DNA of 27,113 nucleotides from Candidatus Staskawiczbacteria bacterium (GTDB lineage Bacteria; Patescibacteriota; Minisyncoccia; Minisyncoccales; Staskawiczbacteraceae), in NCBI GenBank assembly GCA_026395275.1, contig JAPLZA010000082.1, positions 2,316 through 29,428 on the forward strand, written 5' to 3'. Each line of letters starts with the position of its first letter. Within the stretch, counting starts at the first letter, position 1. Positions 18,712 through 26,393 of this stretch are shown in pieces. The notes beneath the pieces are model-generated. The model saw nothing but the letters and a program-made list of their open reading frames with translations. It ran no database searches and was not told the origin of the DNA. Both the position numbers and the translations under genes were made by a program.

Positions 18712-19050
18712 TTATCCGACCAGGCGCGCTAATTCGTCATCTCCAGCTGGAAGCTTAATGTGCATGTGAAAGTGCGGGTTGGTGCCAATAGCAGGACCGT
18801 TAGCATCTACGCGGTATCTGCCGGGTTCGCAAGCAAGTTTTTCAGCCAGCGCGAATGCCAGAAGCCTCAATTCAGAGCGTTCTTCTTGAGTCAGGCCTGC
18901 CCACTTGAGTTGCCTGCCTAACTCGAGAATCAAATGTCTGCTCTTGGGGTCCTTGAGATTGCTGTCGGGCTTTCGGCAAGGAACAAGATGCCATAATTTT
19001 CCGGACGATAAAAGGCCACGTTTCACTTCGACGGGTTCTGTCGTTTCCAT
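18712..19050 (-). CDS. Divergent histidine-triad (HIT)-like protein, 112 aa (start at METTEPV)
   Basis: AAAGGAG lies 7 nt before the ATG at 19050. C-terminal RVDANGPAIGTNPHFHMHIKLP carries HxHxH; LWHLVP resembles the HIT HxLxxP strand. Confidence 0.7.
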   Translation of the reverse strand: METTEPVEVKRGLLSSGKLWHLVPCRKPDSNLKDPKSRHLILELGRQLKWAGLTQEERSELRLLAFALAEKLACEPGRYRVDANGPAIGTNPHFHMHIKLPAGDDELARLVG

Positions 19051-19086
19051 TTGCGGTCTCCTTTCAAGGTTTAATGTGCTAGGATT

Positions 19087-19115
19087 AATATAGAGTAAAA
19101 AAGATTTATTGTCAA
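19087..19115 (-). promoter_or_regulatory. Near-consensus sigma70 promoter of the HIT-like gene
   Basis: On the - strand: TTGACA (19115-19110), N17, TATATT (19092-19087). Confidence 0.75.
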
Positions 19116-19789
19116 TGAAAAGAATAAGCAAAACTACTCATTGGATTAAAGATTATTTGTATGCATTGGGCAGGCATTTTTTATTTTATAAACCAATTGA
19201 AAAATATGTATGGCCGGTTAAAAAAGAAAAGTCGCCAATTATTCTAATTCCCGGACTTTTTGAAAAGCATGATTTTCTTGAAGCATTTGCGGATTCGCTT
19301 TCATTGGCGGGTCATCCGATTTATTTTTCAAAAAATCTTGGGCGAAATGTTAAGGATATTTCTAAATCTGCTGAATTAGTTAGAGATTTGATAAAAGAAA
19401 AAGATTTGCGCAGCGTGATTATTGTAGCCCACAGCAAGGGCGGGCTGATAGGTAAATATTTATTGGGTTTTGAAAATAGTGATGATAGAATTAAAAAATT
19501 AATTACAATTGCAACGCCGTGGAAGGGGAGCAGTTTATTTATACTCAATTTACATAAAAGTTTTAAAGAATTACGGCCAATGAGCGATATTTTAAACAAA
19601 CTTTATGAACAAAAGCAGGTTAATCATAAAATTGTTTCTATATATGGAGAGTCTGATAACGTTATTTGGCCGGTAGAGAGTTGTCACTTAGAGGGCGCTA
19701 AAAACATTCAAGTGGAAAATCATGGACATCATAAAATTCTTTTTGATAAAAAAGTTGTTGACATTGTAATGTCAGAAGTAGAAAAATAA
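19115..19789 (+). CDS. Alpha/beta hydrolase (lipase/esterase-like)
   Basis: PIILIPGL, nucleophile elbow AHSKGG, ITIATPWKGS, YGESDNVI, HGHHKIL. ATG at 19115 preferred over TTG at 19109. Confidence 0.85.
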   Translation: MKRISKTTHWIKDYLYALGRHFLFYKPIEKYVWPVKKEKSPIILIPGLFEKHDFLEAFADSLSLAGHPIYFSKNLGRNVKDISKSAELVRDLIKEKDLRSVIIVAHSKGGLIGKYLLGFENSDDRIKKLITIATPWKGSSLFILNLHKSFKELRPMSDILNKLYEQKQVNHKIVSIYGESDNVIWPVESCHLEGAKNIQVENHGHHKILFDKKVVDIVMSEVEK

Positions 19790-19792
19790 AAA

Positions 19793-20668
19793 ATGGCAAT
19801 TAAAAAATTAGTATTATTTTTATTTATAGTTGTAGCATTTGGAGCTGGCGTATATTTTAAAAACGATGTTTTAAGGTTTTATAATAATTTTGATAAGCAG
19901 GTTAAAAATTTTCAAAAAACAGATATTGGTTCTGTTATTACGCAAGCCGGCAAGCAATTGCTAACTCCGCCTCCATTAAATATAGGAGGCTTTATGAAGC
20001 CGGTTGTATTATTGCAAAGCAAAATTATTACAGAAACAAATTTACAAAGGCAAGGAAATGGAAACTTACCGGCTTTAGCAGAAAACATAAAGCTTGATGA
20101 GGCGGCTGCTGCAAAAGCCAATGATATACTTTTAAAACAATATTTTGAGCACGTCTCTCCTACGGGAATTGATCCGGGTAAATTAGTGCAGAATTATGGG
20201 TATGAATATATTTTGGCAGGAGAAAATTTAATTTTAGGAAATTTTTCTTCTGAAAAAGAAGTTTTGCAGTATTGGATGAATAGCCCCGGTCATAGAGCAA
20301 ATATTTTAAACAATAGATACACAGAAATGGGAGCTGCAATTGTAAAAGGGAATTATAAAGGAGATACTGTTTGGATTGGAGTGCAGGAATTTGGTTTGCC
20401 ATTATCTACCTGCGCTCAGCCAAGTGTTGAATTGAAAAATCAAATTGATTTTGATAAAACAAAACTAGACAGCTTATTGTCACAGATAAATCAAGAAAAA
20501 AATCAGATTGACGGCGCAGACCAACGTTCTTCGATTTATAATCAAATGATTGACGATTATAACCAGATAATTGCGCAGTATAATTCGTTGGCGGAAACTT
20601 TGAAAGGAGTTATCGCTACATATAATAATCAAGTTAATATTTTCAATGGTTGCGTCAACGGTAAATAA
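19793..20668 (+). CDS. CAP/SCP-domain protein with an N-terminal membrane anchor and a C-terminal coiled coil
   Basis: ETNLQR, YFEHVSP, AGENL, WMNSPGHRANIL, WIGVQEFG. Confidence 0.9.
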   Translation: MAIKKLVLFLFIVVAFGAGVYFKNDVLRFYNNFDKQVKNFQKTDIGSVITQAGKQLLTPPPLNIGGFMKPVVLLQSKIITETNLQRQGNGNLPALAENIKLDEAAAAKANDILLKQYFEHVSPTGIDPGKLVQNYGYEYILAGENLILGNFSSEKEVLQYWMNSPGHRANILNNRYTEMGAAIVKGNYKGDTVWIGVQEFGLPLSTCAQPSVELKNQIDFDKTKLDSLLSQINQEKNQIDGADQRSSIYNQMIDDYNQIIAQYNSLAETLKGVIATYNNQVNIFNGCVNGK

Positions 20669-20671
20669 AAT

Positions 20672-21106
20672 ATGGATTGCCCATTTTGCGAAGAAAAAAA
20701 TATAAAACCAAAAACTATTTATAAAAATAAACTTGTTTTTGCTTTTCCAACAAATATTCCTATTACTCCGGGTCACACATTAATTTGTCCGGTAAGGCAC
20801 ATATCTAAAATAGATGATTTAACCGTAAACGAATTTAAAGCAATCAATGCTCTTATTATAAAAATAAAAAATAGTTTGATAAAATCTTTTGGTGCAGAAG
20901 GTTTTAACATTGCCTGGAACGAAGGAATATCAGCTGGGCAATCAGTAAGTCACCTACACATTCATATTGTTCCCAGAAGAGCGGGCGACAAAGGGGTTTA
21001 TAAATATGACCCGCGGGAATTTTTGTACAGGCCTGGTTCGCGGGAGATAACTCCAAAGGAAGAATTAATATCTGTTGCAAAAAATATTAAAAAATATTTA
21101 AGTTAA
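20672..21106 (+). CDS. HIT family hydrolase
   Basis: CPFC, PGHTLICP, NEGISAGQSVSHLHIHIVPR. Confidence 0.95.
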   Translation: MDCPFCEEKNIKPKTIYKNKLVFAFPTNIPITPGHTLICPVRHISKIDDLTVNEFKAINALIIKIKNSLIKSFGAEGFNIAWNEGISAGQSVSHLHIHIVPRRAGDKGVYKYDPREFLYRPGSREITPKEELISVAKNIKKYLS

Positions 21107-21108
21107 AA

Positions 21109-21567
21109 ATGAAAATAGCGATTGTTTCGGATACGCATAATAATATGGCCACTTTTAAAAAAGCCATTGATTGGATAAAAAAGGAAAAAATCCAATTGAT
21201 TTTGCATTGCGGAGATATATCCAGTCAAGAAACAATTGATGAGGCTAAAAAATATTTTGGTAATGATATTAAATTTGTAAAAGGTAATGCTGACTGGGAT
21301 TTAGATTTACCAGACAAAATAGAACTGGATTTCAACGGTAAAAAAATTGTTTTCACTCATTTCCCAGAAATTGCAAAAAAGTTGGTGCAGTCAGGAAAAT
21401 TTGATTTAGTTTTCTATGGGCACACGCACAGAGCTTGGGACGAACTGATTGGAAAGTGTCACATGATAAACCCCGGTGAGTTAGCAGGACAATTTTATAA
21501 ACCCACTTTTGCGGTTTACGACACAGAATCTGGAAAAATGGAGCTGAAGATTTTAGAAAAGCTATAA
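21109..21567 (+). CDS. Metallophosphoesterase (YfcE/Metallophos_2-like)
   Basis: SDTH, HCGD, GNAD, FTH, YGHTH, NPGE. Confidence 0.92.
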   Translation: MKIAIVSDTHNNMATFKKAIDWIKKEKIQLILHCGDISSQETIDEAKKYFGNDIKFVKGNADWDLDLPDKIELDFNGKKIVFTHFPEIAKKLVQSGKFDLVFYGHTHRAWDELIGKCHMINPGELAGQFYKPTFAVYDTESGKMELKILEKL

Positions 21568-21583
21568 ATACAAATAGGCGCGG

Positions 21584-21612
21584 TTGACTATTTTTAGGAG
21601 TGGGGCTATAAT
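21584..21612 (+). promoter_or_regulatory. Near-consensus sigma70 promoter of secDF
   Basis: TTGACT (21584-89), N17, TATAAT (21607-12). Confidence 0.8.
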
Positions 21613-21656
21613 ACTTAATTACTTAAATAACTTTAAATAAATTAACATCTAAAAAG

Positions 21657-23078
21657 ATGCAACAGAAATATTATATTTTCATCGGAGTTTTGGTCTTGGC
21701 AGTTTTAGCCGGGATTTTTTCATATCCAAATTATTATAACAAAGGAGTTGATTCCGTAAATCACAAGCTTTCGTGGACAATTCCTCATTTTCCTGAAAAG
21801 CCATATATTCTTGGCCTTGATTTACAGGGCGGAGTTAGTTTGGTTTATCAGGCAGATTTGAGCAAAACCATTGATAAAACCGGAGCAATGTCAGGGTTGA
21901 GAGACGTAATTGAAAGAAGAGTTAACATGTTTGGAGTTTCTGAACCAGTTGTTGAAATTCAGGGACAAGACAGATTGGTTGTTGAGCTTCCGGGAGTTAC
22001 AAATGTTGAACAGGCAATTCAAATGATTGGCCAGACCCCATATTTGGAATTTGATGAGCAAAGAACAGCCGATGAAACAAAAGTTATTACAGATAAAATA
22101 AAAGAAGTTCAGGATGCACAAGCAAAAAAACAAGATGTTTCAAAAATTAAGGATTGGCAAATAGTTTTAGAAAATCCTTATTTCAAACCAACAGATTTAA
22201 CAGGAAAATATTTAACAAAAGCAGTTGTTATTTTTGACCCTACAACCTACAAACCTCAAATTCAATTGCAGTTTAATGACGAAGGGTCTAAAATTTTTGC
22301 AGACATAACAGGAAGAAACATTAAAAAACCAATTGCAATCTTTTTGGACGGAGCTTCTATTATAGATACAAATGGCGATGGAAAAATTGATGGGCAAGAC
22401 ATTTATGCCCCAATTGTGCAAGATAAAATTATTGGAGGAAAAGCAGTTATTACAGGAGACATGTCAAGCCAAAAAGCTAATTCAATTGCTTCAAGATTAA
22501 ATTCCGGAGCTTTGCCGGTTAAAATAGGTTCTCCAATTTCTCAACAGACCGTTGGGCCAACTCTTGGCTCTGTATCACTGCAGAAGTCGCTTTTAGCGGG
22601 CATATACGGCCTTATAGCAGTTGTGATATTTATGATAGTGTTTTATAGGTTTCCGGGCCTGTTGGCCAGCTTGGCCCTTGTAATATACGTAGCAATAACC
22701 TTGGCCATATTTAAGTTAATTCCTGTAACAATGAGCTTGTCTGGAATTGGAGGTTTTGTTCTTTCTATTGGTATGGCCGTTGACGCAAACATTTTGATTT
22801 TCGCCAGAATGAAAGAAGAAATAAAATCTGGGAAAGGATTAGCTCCGGCAATTGACGAAGGATTTAGAAGGGCATGGCCGTCAATTCGCGACTCAAACTT
22901 TAACTCATTGATTGTTTGCGCAATTTTATTTACAGTGGCAACTTCATTTATTAAAGGATTTGCTTTCACGTTGGCTTTGGGTATTCTTGTAAGCTTGTTT
23001 TCAGCAATATTTATAACAAGAATTTTCTTAATGGTTTTTGTAGGCAAGTGGGCCGAAAAAGCCAAATGGATTTTATAA
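21657..23078 (+). CDS. secD: Protein translocase subunit SecD
   Basis: LGLDLQGG, IERRVNMFGVSEP, LNSGALPV, TVGPTLG, IGMAVDANILIFARMKEE, IRDSN. Confidence 0.97.
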   Translation: MQQKYYIFIGVLVLAVLAGIFSYPNYYNKGVDSVNHKLSWTIPHFPEKPYILGLDLQGGVSLVYQADLSKTIDKTGAMSGLRDVIERRVNMFGVSEPVVEIQGQDRLVVELPGVTNVEQAIQMIGQTPYLEFDEQRTADETKVITDKIKEVQDAQAKKQDVSKIKDWQIVLENPYFKPTDLTGKYLTKAVVIFDPTTYKPQIQLQFNDEGSKIFADITGRNIKKPIAIFLDGASIIDTNGDGKIDGQDIYAPIVQDKIIGGKAVITGDMSSQKANSIASRLNSGALPVKIGSPISQQTVGPTLGSVSLQKSLLAGIYGLIAVVIFMIVFYRFPGLLASLALVIYVAITLAIFKLIPVTMSLSGIGGFVLSIGMAVDANILIFARMKEEIKSGKGLAPAIDEGFRRAWPSIRDSNFNSLIVCAILFTVATSFIKGFAFTLALGILVSLFSAIFITRIFLMVFVGKWAEKAKWIL

Positions 23079-23081
23079 CAC

Positions 23082-23155
23082 GCTCGGCAACAAACTTTTT
23101 TCCGGCTTTCAGGCACTCCGTGTCTCTGAGGCCTACAAAAAGTTCATTGCCTCGC
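23082..23155. repeat. 74-nt imperfect palindrome (REP/MITE-like or structured RNA) between secD and secF
   Basis: Arms GC-TC-GGCAA-CA-AACTTTTT (23082-23100) and AAAAAGTT-CA-TTGCC-TC-GC (23137-23155); inner stems GGC/GCC, TCAG/CTGA, CAC/GTG. Confidence 0.8.
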
Positions 23156-23165
23156 TTTAAAAAAC

Positions 23166-24083
23166 ATGCAATTTAACTTCACAAAATATTCAACATTCTA
23201 TTATGTAATTTCAGGGCTTTTAATAGTCGCCACAATTGTTTCCTTGTCTATGTTCGGATTAAAGTTTGGAATTGAGTTTGTGGGCGGAAGCAACATGGAA
23301 GTAGATTTCCAAAAAGCTAGGCCGGCTAACGATGCAATTCAAACAACTTTAAAAATGTTTAATTTAGGAGACATAACAGTTCAACCTACCGGGACAAATG
23401 GAGCTGTTTTGCAATTTAAAGGAGTGGACGAAGCAACACACCAGCAAATATTAGCAGAATTAAATAAGGCTTTCCCAGTTGCAGAAAAGAGTTTCCAATA
23501 TATTGGCCCCTCAATTGGGCAGGAATTAAGGAATAAAACAGAGTTGGCGATTGTTTTAGCATTGGTAGCAATTACTTTGTATATTGCTTTTGCTTTCAGA
23601 AAGGTTTCAAGACCGGTCAGTTCATGGAAATATGGTATTACTTCTTTAATAGCATTGTTTCACGACGTGTTAATTCCAATTGGAGTATTTTCACTTTTGG
23701 GTCATTTTTATAATGTTGAGATTACAATTCCAATTGTTGCAGCTTTGCTGACAATTCTTGGATTTTCAGTTCACGACACCATTGTTATTTTCGACAGAAT
23801 TAGAGAAAACATTTTGAGAAGGGGAATGGGGCAGTTTGAAGACACAGTAAACTGGTCTTTAACGCAGACATTAGGCAGGTCAATTTCTACAGTTGTGACA
23901 GTTGAATTTGTGTTGGTGTCACTTTTCTTTTTGGGAGGAGAAACCTTGAAATATTTCGCATTGGCGTTAATTATTGGTATAACTTCAGGAGCATATTCTT
24001 CCATATTTATTGCCAGCCCGTTATTGGTTAGCTGGTATAAGTGGTCAGCCCATAGAGAATTAAATAAAGTATCAAAGAGGTAA
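23166..24083 (+). CDS. secF: Protein translocase subunit SecF
   Basis: FGIEFVGG, IGPSIGQEL, ALFHDV, LGFSVHDTIVIFDRIREN, GAYSSIFIASP. Confidence 0.97.
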   Translation: MQFNFTKYSTFYYVISGLLIVATIVSLSMFGLKFGIEFVGGSNMEVDFQKARPANDAIQTTLKMFNLGDITVQPTGTNGAVLQFKGVDEATHQQILAELNKAFPVAEKSFQYIGPSIGQELRNKTELAIVLALVAITLYIAFAFRKVSRPVSSWKYGITSLIALFHDVLIPIGVFSLLGHFYNVEITIPIVAALLTILGFSVHDTIVIFDRIRENILRRGMGQFEDTVNWSLTQTLGRSISTVVTVEFVLVSLFFLGGETLKYFALALIIGITSGAYSSIFIASPLLVSWYKWSAHRELNKVSKR

Positions 24084-24107
24084 TTAGGGGTTGTTTTGCC
24101 TTGCCTA

Positions 24108-24136
24108 TTGACATAGTTTGGCTATTATGATAGACT
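24108..24136 (+). promoter_or_regulatory. Sigma70 promoter of 24170..25198
   Basis: TTGACA (24108-13), N17, TAGACT (24131-36), with an extended -10 TG at 24128-29. Confidence 0.75.
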
Positions 24137-24169
24137 ATAACAATAAGGCAGTAAATCGCCTTTCATAAG

Positions 24170-25198
24170 ATGAAAAAAGTTAATTATTCACAAATATACC
24201 AGAAGTTCACCAAAGGACTTAGCCCAAAGACTAAGGATATTTTTGATCGCAGATTTGGGGTGAAAACAGGTGAGCCTGAGACTTTGGAAGCCATTGGTAA
24301 GACATTGGGCATAACCAGAGAAAGAGTACGCCAAATAGAAGAGGCTGGTTTTAACTTTGTAAGAAAAAATAACAAAGAAGCTTTGGATGCTATTTATGCA
24401 GATTTTGCCAATTATTTTCAAAACCAGGGAGGTTTCAAAAAAGAAGAAATTGCTTTAGAAGAAATGGGAGGTAAAAATCAGAAGCCGTATGTTTTATTTT
24501 TGTTAACACTGGGTGAACAGTTCTCTAAAGTTTGCGAAAAGAAAGATTACCACTATTTTTGGTCAAATCTTCCAAGCGCTCAGGACAAAGTTAAAGCAAC
24601 TTTGAACTCATTAGTTTCTCAGATGCAGAAAGTTGGAAAGCCAATTGTTGCTAAAGATTTTTATGCAGAAGTAGCTTCAAAACAGGGACTTTCACAGGCA
24701 GCTTCAGCTTCATATCTTGAAATTTCAAAAAGAATTCAGTTAAGCAGAGAAGGAGGTTTGGGATTAGTTGAGTGGCCTGAAATAAAACCAAGAGGAGTAA
24801 AAGACAAAGCATTTTTGGTGTTTAAAAAACATGGAAAGCCTTTGCACTTTACAGATGTTGCAAAATTAATAGACAAGTTTGACTACAACATGCCAAACAA
24901 GAAAACCTATCCTCAAACAGTTCATAACGAACTTATAAAGGATCCAAGGTTTGTGTTGGTGGGCAGAGGAACTTATGCCTTGGCAGATTGGGGATATGTT
25001 CCGGGAACCATTAAAGACATAATTACAAAAGTTTTGTCAGGAACAAACCAGCCTATGCACAAAGACGAAGTTGTAAAACAAGTCTTGGCTCAGAGATTGG
25101 TTGCTAAAAATACTGTGTTAATGAATTTAAACAATAAAACTCATTTTGACAAAAATTCAGGCGACAAGTATTTCTTAAAAGGAGTACAACAGAACTAA
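24170..25198 (+). CDS. Sigma70 region-4-like HTH plus HARE-HTH (RNAP delta-like) winged-helix protein
   Basis: N-terminal RRFG...ETLEAIGKTLGITRERVRQIE. C-terminal KPLHFTDVAKLI...TVHNELIKDPRFVLVGRGTYALADWG and a further short wHTH-like segment. No sigma region 2 seen. Confidence 0.7.
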   Translation: MKKVNYSQIYQKFTKGLSPKTKDIFDRRFGVKTGEPETLEAIGKTLGITRERVRQIEEAGFNFVRKNNKEALDAIYADFANYFQNQGGFKKEEIALEEMGGKNQKPYVLFLLTLGEQFSKVCEKKDYHYFWSNLPSAQDKVKATLNSLVSQMQKVGKPIVAKDFYAEVASKQGLSQAASASYLEISKRIQLSREGGLGLVEWPEIKPRGVKDKAFLVFKKHGKPLHFTDVAKLIDKFDYNMPNKKTYPQTVHNELIKDPRFVLVGRGTYALADWGYVPGTIKDIITKVLSGTNQPMHKDEVVKQVLAQRLVAKNTVLMNLNNKTHFDKNSGDKYFLKGVQQN

Positions 25199-25212
25199 TA
25201 AAGAAATTTAAA

Positions 25213-25245
25213 AACAAAAACCCCCGTAATACGGGGGTTTTTGTT
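25213..25245. terminator. Bidirectional rho-independent terminator
   Basis: Perfect 15-bp inverted repeat AACAAAAACCCCCGT-AAT-ACGGGGGTTTTTGTT between convergent genes. Confidence 0.9.
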
Positions 25246-25277
25246 GTAAAAAAAAGCAGTTAAGGTCAACTGCTATT

Positions 25278-26279
25278 TCAGAAAACTTCGTAGGCTCTCT
25301 GAATAATACTTTGAACTCTCCATGGCCTGAGGTTGGCAACAGATCCAATAAACACGGAAGATGCACCCATCTCGCGAAGACAAGTAACGTCCTCTGGCGA
25401 AAGAATACCTCCACCCACATTTATTGGTTTTGTTAAGCCAGCTTTCCTGGCCTTAAGGACCCATTCAGCGACTAGGGGAAGCAACGGAGCTCCGGAAAGT
25501 CCTCCTCCTCCAAATTCAGCTAACGGTGAAACGTCAGATCCGAACAATCCTTTCCAATCAATTTTGTCTGGAAGTTTACCCCACGGGATTGTATTGGAAA
25601 CGCAAATTGCGTCGCAACTGGTATGTTCTGAAATTTTCTTTGCAGTTTCTACCGGAGTCAAGATGTTGAACTTGGGCATTTGAGGTATTTTGAGTGCAGA
25701 AGCCATATCGAGTCCGGTTGTTACTTCGGCCACAAGACAGCTTGTGTCTAGGCCAACATTTGGGCAAGAAAAGTTTATTTGCAGACCCACGGGAGCATTA
25801 AAGTCTGGCAGGTATTTTGCAAATAAAGCTACAAACTGTTCCAGTTCGGCGAGTCGTTCTTTTGGCGTTGATGCAACTGACATAAAGGAGATGAAGAATG
25901 GCTCTGTTTTTTGTTGCCAGCGTCTTGTTTCGAAAAGAGTTTTAGCTCCTGGTCCGGAAAGTCCTACGGCGTTGAGCATAATTCCCAGGCGGAACATTCT
26001 CATAGACAAAGTGATATTTCCGTAATGGAAGTTTGGTAAAATGCATCTTGGTGAAAACTCCTTGGGTCTTAAGCCGTCGCCAGTCATTGGCATGTTGCCT
26101 TGCTTTGCTGATGGCACCAGCCTTGCATTTAGAGTGGTTGTTTTTGCCACAAAAGTAGAGCCATAGAAGTGTAGACCGGAAAGCCTGAGAAGTTCGTGGT
26201 GAATATATCCTTCGCCGAAAAATCCTTCTACGCCAGAAGCGTCGAGTATTGGTCCAAAATCAATTTCGCGCAGTTTCAT
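25278..26279 (-). CDS. pyrD: Dihydroorotate dehydrogenase, class 1-like (Cys nucleophile)
   Basis: ASG, AKTTT, MLNAVGLSGPG, QINFSCPN, VSNT, GGLSG, VGGGI, VFIGS; AAGGA 5 nt before the ATG; adjacent to pyrC. Confidence 0.8.
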   Translation of the reverse strand: MKLREIDFGPILDASGVEGFFGEGYIHHELLRLSGLHFYGSTFVAKTTTLNARLVPSAKQGNMPMTGDGLRPKEFSPRCILPNFHYGNITLSMRMFRLGIMLNAVGLSGPGAKTLFETRRWQQKTEPFFISFMSVASTPKERLAELEQFVALFAKYLPDFNAPVGLQINFSCPNVGLDTSCLVAEVTTGLDMASALKIPQMPKFNILTPVETAKKISEHTSCDAICVSNTIPWGKLPDKIDWKGLFGSDVSPLAEFGGGGLSGAPLLPLVAEWVLKARKAGLTKPINVGGGILSPEDVTCLREMGASSVFIGSVANLRPWRVQSIIQRAYEVF

Positions 26280-26359
26280 TTTAGTCCTTGGGGTTGGTTG
26301 TTAAATCAAAGTTCTAAATGTTTATTAACATAAAAAATTAGATTAGTAAACTATCAAAT

Positions 26360-26385
26360 AAAAAAGCGACTACTTGCGTAATCGC
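26360..26385 (-). terminator. Rho-independent terminator after pyrC
   Basis: On the - strand: GCGATTAC-GCAA-GTAGTCGC followed by T6 (GNRA tetraloop). Confidence 0.8.
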
Positions 26386-26393
26386 GGACTGGC

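Noticed and set aside
19051-19131. Longer 139-aa version of the - strand ORF (start 19131)
   Set aside because: The extension overlaps the hydrolase start and runs through the promoter; the SD supports the ATG at 19050.
24145-24162. AAGGC/GCCTT hairpin in the leader of 24170..25198
   Set aside because: Only 5 bp, and the AAGG is too far from the ATG to be an occluded SD.
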